NCBI GenBank assembly: GCA_002633005.1
Contig: NMRA01000121.1
Span: 1 to 36,959 of the forward strand
Direction: 5' to 3'
Length of the DNA stretch: 36,959 nt
Origin: Phoronis australis
Taxonomy: Eukaryota > Animalia > Phoronida
Positions 23,020 to 34,500 of this stretch are shown here, piece by piece; the first letter of the stretch is position 1; the number at the start of each line of letters is the position of its first letter. A model generated the notes under the pieces. The model did not search any database and had not been told where the DNA came from. It saw only the letters and a list, made by a program, of their open reading frames with translations. The translations under genes were made by a program, and so were the position numbers.

Positions 23020-24101
23020 TAAGTCGGGATTGCGAGTTGCCATGTTGGCGTTTATTACTGAGCGTTCTGTTTCAAAATGAATTAGTCTCACCCTAACCAA
23101 TACTTGTATAAAACTGAAACAAAGTCTGTCTCATTACAAGCAATTTGTAATGCCTTTAGCACTTTCGTGAATGCAAATGATTTGAGAAGCCAGCAATGAA
23201 TAAATCACTACGTTACCGGGACACCTAGGCCGTATGAGCTCATGCTAATTTAGTGTTTGCTGGCAGAAACTGTTGTGAAACAACTCAATTTCGATCCCAC
23301 GGCCAGGTGTTAGGGGAATCTTTATTTACATTTTCATTACTCAAATAATGAGGGGGCTGTGGCCAAAGCGGAACCTGAATTCGCGGCCCCCGACGAGTTA
23401 GTAGATTTGCAGTTTCGTGGCTAATTCACCAACCATGTAGGTGCACATTACTTTGGCTCACTAGTATAGTATTTTCGTGACTGGAAGTTTAGTTTCCACT
23501 GATCTTTGGCTGGTTTATGTTCGTGATGTCTGATCAGTTTCCGAGCCACTGGCGGGGATAACGAGTCAATGCGACCGGCCGCGACGGGTCTGATCGTGGT
23601 CCGAGCCGCTGGCCAGGCTAACAAGCGTTTTGTGTTTAGAACTCAAAAAATCACAAGTCTAAACAACACAGATCTAGGTTCTCCTGTCTGTATCTCACGG
23701 AAAATACTTCGAAATTATCTAGACCGACCCCAAACTCCTGCTACGGACCTTATTGGCCTGCCGAACTTTGTAGGCTACGGTGTGTCCAAATACCAATAAA
23801 TCCGTAAGAGCGAAATAAAACAACACGTTTTTGTATGAATTCATTGTTTTTAAGGGTTTTACGTCGAAGTTTGATGATTTATTGGTGTTAAACGATGACT
23901 TTAAGCGATAAGCTGACACCAGTAACCCGTGTTGTGAACTGCTGAACAGACTGCGTGTGAAACCGATGACGTCATTGGATAATTTCAACACCTCCGTCTG
24001 CCGTCAGGTGTCACGTAACGCAACCGTACGTGTCGTTATGGAGTAGAACTATTCGATGTAAATTGATACAAATTAGGTTGTTTTTTGGATGGCATGCTCC
24101 T
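23020..24101 (-). mobile_element. Kolobok-type element, terminal ~1.1 kb, minus orientation
   Basis: Ends ...GGCATGCTCCT|TTAA; colinear reverse complement of 24140-25040; subterminal TGACGTCA + CCAAT. Confidence 0.85.
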
Positions 24102-24139
24102 TTAAACGAATACAGTTCTACACGTTGAAATATATTTAA

Positions 24140-25730
24140 AGGAGAATGCCAGCCAAAAAACAACCTAGTTTTTATCAATTTAGATCGAGTAGTTCCACTC
24201 CATAACAGCAAGTACAGCACTTTTACCTGACACTTGACGGCAGACGGAGGTGTTGAAATTAACCAATGACGTCAGAGGTTCGAATGCAGTCTGTTTATCA
24301 GTTCACATCACAATTACTGGTGTCAGCTAATCGCTTAAAATTCATCGTCTTACACCAATCAATCATCAAAGTTCGATGTAAAACCTTTACAAATATATCG
24401 AGTTATTGAACAAACGTGCTACTTCATTTCGCTGTTACAGATTTTTAGGTATTTGAACGTGCCGTAGCTTACAAATTTCTGTAGGCGGGAGTTTGGGGTC
24501 TGTTCGGTGACAAATTCAACTTCTTTGTCAGTGAAATACATACAGAAGAACATAGCTTTGTGTTGTAATTTTAGACTTGCGATTTTTTCAGTTCTAAACG
24601 CACAAAACTCTTGTTATCCTGGCCAGTGGCTCGGAACCTGAGGCCCATCGCGGCCGTTTGAAGACATCATGAACAGAACTGTCAGGGCAAAAATTGTGCA
24701 GTAACATTGATTCGAATAATGTATATCTTAACAGAGATTCCCCTAACATCTGACCATAGGATATAAAATCGAGTTATTGTTTCACAACAGCAATCAGCAA
24801 ACACTGAATTAACATGCGCTCACATCCAAAGCCGGTAACTCTGTGATTCATTCATTGCTGGCTTCTCAAAACATTTTCATTCACGAACACTCCAAGGCAT
24901 TACCAATTGTATGTAATGAGACAAACTTTGAAAATTTGCTTCAGTTTTATATAAGCATTGGTTAGGGTGAGATTAATTCATTTTGAAACAGAGCGCACAA
25001 TAATAAAAGTCAACGTCGCAACTAGCAATCCCGACGAGTGCTCATCCGACGTTAGGTTTCAGTTCGAACCGGAATACACTGATCAAGAAATAATTGAGGC
25101 TCCATGAACGTGCAGAGACAACGGAACATATGGATAGTTCCGAAAAACGTTTGAATGACTTGTCATGGTGTCAGTGAGATAATTGCACGATAATGGAAAC
25201 AACTTGCGTTTGCTGCCACGAAATTCCGCAAGTGAAACGCCCTCTTTGAGAAGCGCAGATGTGTCTCACGGACCATCCTGACTTTTGCATTGCATCTAAA
25301 GAGAAGTGTGCTTACGACGTTTTTAGAGCTGAGAAAAAGAACTGGCGAAAACATCCTACACCCAGAGGACCAAACAGAAGCCTCGCGAACGAGTCGGTCA
25401 TCAAACAAGTTATATAAAACGTTATATTTTCACGCTTTGAAATAATTGTAATAGTTTATGTTTTCAATGTCAACTACAATTCTCCATAATCAAAAACTGA
25501 TTAACAACCGATCCGACGAAATACAGGCCACTCATAGACACGGAGAAGTTTCACGGCCTCATACTTGGTATTAACGGCGTATTTTACATTTTCCACTACC
25601 CCGGGCCACTTCCGAAGCATTATAGACTCATGAGTAAATCGAAAAAAAACGATATACCCGCTTCCCTCGCAGCTTCATAGTTCGCACAAGCGGGAAGGAT
25701 ACACCACACCAAAACGGCACTCACTCTACC
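24140..25730 (+). mobile_element. Kolobok-type element, plus orientation, with decayed KolX gene
   Basis: TTAA|AGGAGAATGCCAGCC terminus (TTAA target, purine-purine end) leading into a KolX-like pseudogene. Confidence 0.85.
25057..25730 (+). pseudogene. KolX (P2X7 C-terminal ballast-like, Cys-rich) pseudogene
   Basis: FQFEPEYTDQE / KRLNDLSWCQ*DNCTIMETTCVCCHEIP...MCLTDHPDF / LHLKRSVL; a much more decayed C-terminal part near 25650-25730. Confidence 0.8.
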
Positions 25731-25855
25731 GAAGAACCACTGACGTCCTGCGTCGTTTCTCACCTTCCTCACAAGTTAACACGACACCTCTGATGTAGTT
25801 CGATCACCCCTGTGCTCTTAAATTAATTGAGCAAAACGATGATCATTTAAGAACT

Positions 25856-26001
25856 AAAAGTACGCGTAGATTAAGTAAAAGTACGCGTAGATTAGGCAAG
25901 AGCACGCATAAATTAAGCAAAAGTAAACATAGATCAAGCAAAAGTACGCATAGTTTAAGGAAAGTAACGCCAAGATTAAGCAAACTACGCATTGATTAAG
26001 C
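25856..26001 (+). repeat. tandem repeat, about 7 copies of a 21-nt unit
   Basis: Consensus AAAAGTACGCATAGATTAAGC. Confidence 0.9.
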
Positions 26002-26849
26002 ACATTTCAACGCACAAAACCCTTTGTCGCTTCATATTGACCTCACACGTTCGCGTTCTCGTTTAACGTGTAGCCGAAATCTCTTTTACGTTTGTTGTAC
26101 GTTTCATAAAACCAACAATTATGAGACCTTTCGCGTTCTGTTTCTGAATTATGAATGGACTAGTATTCCCTGAAATGTTGTTATCAGCAGTTTTGTGCAA
26201 AACATCTTCGCTGCACAATAAATTTGTGTTGGTCCTAGCTACGTGTACGTGGGTAAGACAAACGCGTAAAACAATGTATTCGTAATCATGAAGACTAGCT
26301 AGAATGTCACGGGCTTCTACTTCTAATCATTGCTATTCCTAAATAAGTCATTTTGATCCCTTAATTGCTTACCTTGCGTATTTCCTCGGGTGACAGTCCC
26401 CTGCTCAGCAGACCAGTAGAACCATGAGTGTGAGAGGCTGGTACCCGCCTATATAGGAGGTCCGATATCAGAGATGAGAAGAGTCATGTGCTCGGAAATG
26501 ACGACATATGCTACGTTTTATTCGCCATGATAATCCTCGTGAACAACTGATACAACCCGAAAGGAGGCAACCCAGTATAGTAGACTCGCCGCTTGTGAAT
26601 CTTTTTAGTGTTCATACTGCGCGGACGTTTTTTAACATTAAATGTGTGATTAAAGAAATTTGGAAGGGATTCACTGATTGTAGGGATGTGCACCGGGAAC
26701 CTATTGCGCAAAGATGCCGTAACTGTACGGCGTCTTTTACTCTTAGTCTTGACTGAGGTTTACACTGCGTTCATTCTGAATTAGTACAGTCAACTGCCGC
26801 TAGGTGGCACTGCTTTACAAGCAGATGACAACACATTACGCAGCAGGGA

Positions 26850-27340
26850 GATAATTGAGACGAGAGCCGTCACAAAGTATATAGGTAAAAAAGGAATGAA
26901 ACCAAAATATTTTCATGTAGAGATGCAAAAACACTCGGAACCCACTCCCCGAGCTACTCCACAGTAAAAAAGTGGTCAGCTTGTTTCAAGAGGGGCGTTA
27001 AAGACGATCGTCCAGGACGTCCCAGAGAAAATGTGCAGAAAATTCGTGCAATGGTTATGAGAGACAGGCAAATAAATGACTGTTCAAAATTTGTCAAACA
27101 CTGTTCGCATCAGCAATGGGTAGAAGATTTCGGCATGAGTAAGCTGCGTGCACGATGGGTGCCAAGAACGTTAACTCACGATCAGAAAATGGTCAGAATG
27201 CAAATTTCAAAGGATATTCTAGGAAGATTTCAAGCAGATCCAGCCAAACTTTCCAGAAGACTTGTAACCCAGGATGAGACATGGATCTACCACTTTGACC
27301 CGGAATCAAAACAACAAAGTAAACAATGGAACCACGTGGA
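26850..27340 (+). mobile_element. Tc1/mariner (mariner-type) transposase remnant, 3' truncated
   Basis: RAVTKY..KKGM, YSTVKKW...FKRG, RPGRP, ARWVPRTLT, LVTQDETWIYHFDPESKQQSKQW; second and third catalytic residues missing. Confidence 0.9.
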
Positions 27341-27345
27341 TTGTG

Positions 27346-27674
27346 GGCTACGGCACGTTCAAATATCTATAAATCCGTAACAGTGAAACAAAACAACACG
27401 TTTGTTCAAGAATTCAACATATTTGTAACTGTATTACATCGAATTTTGATGATTTATTGTTGTAAAACGATGAATTCAAGCGATATGCTGACATCAGTAA
27501 GCGTGTTGTGAGCTGCTGAACAGACAGCGTTCGAACCTGTGACGTCATTGGTTCATTTCAACACCTCCGTCTACCGTTAGTTGTCATGTAAAAGAATTGT
27601 GTTTGCTGAAATCGAGTGGAACTACTAGATCTAAATTGATACAAATTAGGTTCTTTTTTGGTTGTCATTCTCCT
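27346..27674 (-). mobile_element. third terminal fragment of the Kolobok-type family
   Basis: Colinear with 23772-24101, ends GTCATTCTCCT|TTAA; abuts the truncation point of the mariner. Confidence 0.85.
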
Positions 27675-28223
27675 TTAAAATTTCTAGCAGTGGAACCGTG
27701 TGCGGTTCGGTTGAAGACTCTATTCTTTCATGAACTTGTGCGGTTATTAGTTCTAGGGAACCGTGTTCTCTCACTTTAATTTAAACATTATTAATACCAC
27801 TTTAAGTGTAGTATTGTACTGAGACTACTGAGTCTTTTTGGGCCCTAATAACCGCTCGTAGAAATTATAGTGACTGGGCAAACTGAGACCAATCGGGTTG
27901 GTGTTACGAATATCTCATCAGGAACTCTTCATTACAGTTTTCTCACTTTTGCTTAGAAAAAACCAATGAAACAACGAATTCGGCGAAACACTACTGAAAA
28001 CTGGACGTGTTCAATAGTATGCGCTGGCATTTAAAATGAATTAAAGGGCATATGTTATCGGCATCTAATCACTGCTTCGACACGTGAGACGTGTCAGCCG
28101 GTTGGGTTTCAAGTCATATTTAATTTGTCACACTCTCCTGACTTCTTGTTGAATGGGGCTGACGCACTTCTGATCTCGCCGTGAAGTTTTCCCATTTGTC
28201 AGAACAAGCCTAAGCTTGGAAAA

Positions 28224-28545
28224 ATGCTACTTTTAAGTTTCTTGGCTTCCCTTCTCTTCACCTCGTTGACGGTAGCAGTTAACGATGGCGATGTTGGTAC
28301 ACTACAATTAATTGGGGATTTGAACCTTAAAATCGTTAAGTTGGAACAACGACTTCGCGTTGTCAAATCAACCAATGAGCAACTCACAAGATCCATATCG
28401 TCATCTGCCAAAGACCTCCAGCGGTGCAGAAACTACCTGGATGAGCACTACGTTACCATAGCGGACTTACCTGAGCTGCGCGACAGAATGGACCTGCTGG
28501 ATGCATTGGGCGACACCATTAACCAGATAACTCCACTGTACAAAG
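28224..28545 (+). CDS. Gene 3 exon 1: signal peptide and heptad coiled coil
   Basis: AAAATG MLLLSFLASLLFTSLTVA; LQLIGDLNLKIVKLEQRLRVVKSTNEQL; donor AAG|GTGAGT; acceptor at 28201-28202 upstream. Confidence 0.85.
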
Positions 28546-31500
28546 GTGAGTGATACATCACTAACACAATACAATACAAAAGTCTGAATTGTCATTGAAC
28601 AGTATGCGAAGCCTCAATAAGTATGTTTTGTTTGTTCTTGTCGAAGTCTGATCTGGCATTTGAAATTCACGTCTGTCTTGAAAAATTCAGAGTCCCGTTT
28701 AATAAAACATGTAACCCATGTCTAAACTAAAACCGTAGTAACTTCGATTTTAATTTGCACACAGTTCATTAACGTGTCTCGTGCAGACGTTTGTGAAGTC
28801 CGACCATTAAAAATAGTCAACTTTCCGTCAGTAGAAACGCTTTTGCATTTCTTAAAAACTGCATCCTCACATTTACAATAACGTACCTACGACCATCATG
28901 GCTTAGCTTCGCCTTGTCTTATGGCATTTGATGAAACGAACCCCAGGCGTCTTAGCCGTCGACAGCTTGCTTGCAGGTTGTGCAATATGCAATCCAAACA
29001 TATTGTGTAGATTCAATTACCCTCGAAATCGTGTCTGATGACGAACACAGAAATCGTGTATTCTGAAAAATGTGTTTGTTGAATATGAATCATAATGTGT
29101 CTTTTTATTTTGAAAACTAAGTCTGCATTATGTCTTAGACCTCCCTTCAGCCAAAGCGTGCACGCCAAAACCCTACATTGAATCAGCAGGCAGTGGAGTG
29201 GTGCTGACCGCCTCGTCTATGTGGGACAAATGGCACGGCCCACAGAAGTCTCCCCTCAACTATAACGGCAGCCCGCCGCAGGCGTGGTCAAGCGCGTCGC
29301 CAAAGGTGGATAAAGCTCCTTGGATACAAGTGAGCTGTCTTTCCCAGCAGTGGTTTTTTAGTTGTGCTGGTTTGAAGAGTGTTGGCGTGCTCATATCTTC
29401 AGGTTGCCTGAACTTCCAGTAAAATTAAAATAAGGAGGGAAAATGAGCTTGCGCTTGGAAATAGGTTGCAGATGTCGACTCTCAATTTGTCGTAGGATGG
29501 ACAGGATTATCTTAACGATGTACGAGTCATTAATAGAAAGGAAACTACACTAGTTGATCATTTCCTCAACTATGGTCAAAACTGATGCTTCATGTGGCTG
29601 TCCCATAAGTGTGTATCTATAATCTAAAGAAAGAATGAGTATCGTGTGCAGCGCAGAATATTTCATTCACAAGATACTTATTCGATAAAACCGCCTCCAT
29701 TAAATGTGCTGAGAGGGCTCTGGGTTGAATTATAATCACTGAACAGATACTCGACTCAGACACGAGTACGGGCAATAGACGCCCAATACATTAGATAATC
29801 TATTCGTTTAAATCAAGTTCTGTATTTACTAACATTTCAGGCAGACCTTGGTGAAGTGAAGGGAGTGTCTGCCATCGCCATAAGAGGGCGGGGCAAATAT
29901 CGGCAGCACGTTACGTGGTACACTCTCAGTTATAGTTCTGACGGCATCAAATGGATCACGAACGGTGAGAAATTATGGGTGTAAGTCAAATAACGATATA
30001 GAAGATGTGATTGGCTAGTCAACATTTCAAACAAATAATAAACCTTCTTCATGGTAGCAAAGTTTTTGGAAAACCAAATGTGTATGTCCTTTCTAATGGC
30101 AAAACACAAAAAAGTGTTGGTGACAAAAATTGCAGAAATGTCTTCCGGTGTTGACAGTTTTCGACAGAGGCATGTTTGTTATTTTTTTTTGAAAATTCAC
30201 CACGATCAAGAAACTACGACTTGGAATTAGAAGGGACAGCGCAATGAAAATCAATCATCATTAAGGTTGCCACATTTGCCAGCGAAATGACGTCGTAATT
30301 CATGTTATGAATAATGGAGGCATATCTATTGAATTCTACGATGGTCATTCACGATGTTTAGAGGCAGATTTCTTAAAAGACGAAATTACACCAAACGGAG
30401 ACGACGCCAAATGAGACAAAAAAGTTATATTAGAGGCATTTCACTCAAAATGTGCTTTTGTATATTAGTAACTTGTGCGACGACCCAATTTCAAATTATA
30501 AAACTCTATTGTGTTTGCGTTCTGCTAAAGTCATCTGCTGGAAGCAAAACACAGTCAGTAGAAACTTGTACTGGTTTCACGAAACCTTGTACTTGGACAG
30601 TGCATTTTGTACAATTCTCGCTGTTTCAAGAGACCAGTTTATCAGGGCGTCTGAAATAACCCTTATAAAAGAGAATCCTATACAAGTCTCGGGTTTATGA
30701 CATGGGCAAAACCTGCAAAAGGTTTTGCCCATGTCATAAACCTGAAACGAGTGTAGGATTTGTTTTCTCACATGAACCGTAAAAACGATTTGAGACGGAA
30801 GGTTACGAAATGTCTGGAAATCGGCAATTGCCGTTCATACGTACTCGGATAATTCCGTACCGTCCTTGACATTGAACCGACTCGCGTGGGACAAGGGAGT
30901 TGCTCCAGACGGGATTTTTGGGAAGACTTTTGTGCCTTGACCGCAAATTTCTTGCGAACTCGGTGGAGCAGGACACCGCAAATGGTATTGGGAGAAAGAA
31001 CAATTCCTCATGGTTTATTGAATCTCCGTCTTGTGTAAATTTATTGAGCTTTGTGTTTGCTATGGACGGCTGAAGTGAAGCACCCGTGGAATTTCTAGTC
31101 CGGAGTGTCATACCTTGTAGTATTATGTAGTGTATTGGGGACGATCAGAAGCTGAGGACGCCTGTGAATTGACTTTGAGACAGCACAGCTAGACAGTCTC
31201 ACCTCGTTTCTTGAGTTGGGGTTCGTCTCCGTTTGAATGAACTTGGACATGGAATATGCCGCCGAAGATGGATCCGTTTAAGAAGTTGTTTGCATGCCCT
31301 TTCAACTAGGAGTACGTACAGTTTCGGCACCCGATTTGTCAATCATAATCTTGTCACCTTCACGGAATTCCGGCAGTGCTTGGTTGGTACGCGTGTATTG
31401 TTTTGCAGACGATAAAATGTAAGGCGTATGGATTTCTACTTTGCACTACTTTGTGATTTGCCCACGTAATACCAAAAAATACGTACTCGATGATATAAAC

Positions 31501-34500
31501 CAGTCGTGTCCTAACACATTCCAGGTCATTTGAGAAATAGACCTATCGCACCCGCCAAAATACGGAGGTTGCCATTGTCATTACGTGCTCATATGCCTAC
31601 GGTCAATAGGCATGCATTTTCCGATATATATTCAGTGGTGGATGTAGAGGGGGTCAAGGGGGCCATACCCCCTACCCAAACTCCCAGAATCCATTTGGCA
31701 GGTGCTAATGTCTGACGGGAAAAATCCTGGTTAATGCTCTGCCCTGGTCCGCCCTAACTAAAATCCTGGATCCGCCCTTGATATTGCTAATTCTTTGTTA
31801 GAAGCTTTGAACTTACAGCCTTCCAACACTGCAGATATACCATTGCTGGACAGAAGTGTTCAACGTTAGTAGTTTGTGTGGCCGGGGCAGCTGCGGTTGG
31901 CCGCCAACTAAGCAAAGAGACACGCTTACAGCTTGGCTTATGCTTCTTGGCCACGAACAGGGAGTCTACGAAAGTGGCAGAAACACGTTTTAGACTACCG
32001 CACGGACTTCCGTTTACAGGGCATGTACATGTAACCTGGGAGTAATATGTATAGTCTTAGATTTTATGTCACGGACCCTGAGATTTTCCCAACCTGGGTA
32101 TGTGCATGATCATGTACATGTTTCTCTTAATAGACGTGTTCATGCTGGAAACCACACAGTTCGTGGCATTTGGAACACTTCTGGTATTTTCATAACCTCG
32201 AAACTTCCTTCGAATTTCCTTTTTTGATTGGGAAAACCTTGAGGGATGTCATATGACTATCAATATGGACAAAATTGGAGACTTGATTCTCAGGAGCCTT
32301 TTTATCTATCAACCCATGCTCTGAACCTTGGGAAGGAATTTCTGTAGGTTAATTCGCAGAGTGTTCTAACAGCTGCGTCATTGGACTGCAAAAAATCAGT
32401 CTGCACGTTCTGAAAGTGAAATATCTAAAGCACAGACACTACGAAAATACCCAAGATATTAATGTGAGCCAGAGTTGCGTCCTCTACGTGCAAGACACTG
32501 GCGAGGCTGGTGCTAGGATAAATTTTTCTGTTATGGAACTGAAATTCCATTTACAAGCCAACTAATTACTCCAGGGACCGCTGTTTTGCTAGAATATACG
32601 CTTCATGCAGTATGGTCCCGAGCATACTTGGAAAAGGCTTGCTGTTCACTTGCGATATTTTGTATTTGCGTCAGTGGCCTTGTTTGGTCTCGAGTGTCCT
32701 GAGATTACGGAATGTGCCACCGTCCTGCACTCTCTTCTGCAGTACCACTCTTCAAGGTTTAACTTACGAGATATTACTATCGCTTGCCCTTACTAATTTC
32801 TGTTTGTAAAACGCTGTCTGTACCTAGTTCAGATGAGGATGACACAGGTACACTGTTTTATTTCGTACCTAGATTTTCAACCTCCATAAAAATGGTTATT
32901 CTCAGAGATGCATAAGCAGGCTTGCCCCTTGATAGTGCTCTTTTATTTGCAGATACATGGATTAGAGGGAACAAATGGAAATATCCTGGATATCTGGATC
33001 AAGATGAGATATCACTGCACCGTCTCTCCGATCCAATCCAAGCTCGCTATGTGCGTGTCCACCCTGTCAAATGGCATTGGCACCCATCTCTCCGCTGGGA
33101 AGTATACGGCACAGACTGCTCAGGTAAATTGTATAGCCCTTGTGCTAGCTGACAACTACACGCGTCCTGTTTAAATCAGGGTATAATGTTCAACGTGGCA
33201 GTAATTAAACACAGTTGAAAAACAAAGTGTTCCTACCAAGCCTGTAGTCTAGACTGGCGCAGGTGTAAGTAGTATGTAAATGAATTTCTTAACAATCATG
33301 TGACATTTCATTCAAGAACATGTCTCCTGATTTGTAACTCAGTGTTTTAAAACTCCTGCTGTTTGAACTCGGTATTCAATCCTCACCTACATCATGGTTT
33401 GCGTGGATAACTGTTTGTTTTGCATTTGGTGACCACAGCAGGCAAAAGTTTGAGCCAGACCTCCAAATTTCGAGTTTTGGCATGATATCTCGAGTTTCAA
33501 CTAAAACGAGCAGCCCGAATCTAAGGCTCACAGAAATGTTCGTCTGCGTAAACCATAACAGGCACACTTATCTCAAAATGGCAGAAAAGTAAAAGGGAGG
33601 GTAAAAATAATTTGAAGATTAGACCCCGATCCCTGGTATTGGATGTGAGGTGCCAATATCTTGGGATAGTATTTTGTTTCAGAACACAGCGAAATTGGTT
33701 ACATCGCATCACGAAATGGGGACGGCCTGATGGCTACTGGAAATGTACCCAAAATGAATCCTAGGTTTGCAGTTCTTGACTCAAGCTTAGCCTGGACGGC
33801 ATCAAAATCAAATGACAAAATGACAGTAAGTATTCCACTTATTAACAAAAGAAACTATATGTTTTCAACTTACGTTTGTCCGCCATGCTATGCGTACATT
33901 TTGTTGTTGTTTTTTTACGTTTACCGCCAAGCGACATAGTCATGAAAACCAATCACGTTGTGTTGTCAATAAAAGTAATAGTACACGTAATATTTTTAAT
34001 CGAATCTAACGCTATCTATTACGTGAAATGGCAAAAACTTTAAATGATATCCGAAGCGCTTAAGCCCGCTGATCCCTGATCAATTTCATTAGTTTCGGGA
34101 TCTGCAAGAATGTCCGAATCTGCATGGGCCGGGTGTTCAGAGCTTGGGATAACGGGTTATAAACGTAGAAAATCTGGACATGCTAAAATCTCTACAGATC
34201 GTAATGGCCTCCATTTTGAGATCTAAACAAGACTAAAACGATGTTATGATAAGTCTGAGTTCGAGACTAAACTGACCCCGGGAGACCAGTGCTGTCCTCG
34301 GGCCATGTGATCTGACGTCACCCTAGGGTTGGATCCCTACGTGTATTTGTATATTGTTGTTCCAGGGCTCCTATGAAAGTCTCTCACTGCTATATTGCAT
34401 CTGACCAAACACATCCTTTGTTACCAACAACAATAAGGTTGTTCAATAAACAATTGCTATTCTGATTCAGGGGTCTGTCTTATGAAAGAAACTAAAAATT

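Noticed and set aside
23353-23450. tRNA gene (GGGGGCTGTGGCCAAAGCGG A-box-like start)
   Set aside because: No cloverleaf or clear B box; at most a decayed SINE head inserted in the Kolobok copy.
25856-26001. CRISPR array
   Set aside because: Units are contiguous with no unique spacers, no cas genes, eukaryotic context.
32605-32809. Extra discoidin exon in the long intron of gene 3
   Set aside because: No convincing F5/8C motif in any frame, and exons 3 and 4 already join into a complete domain.
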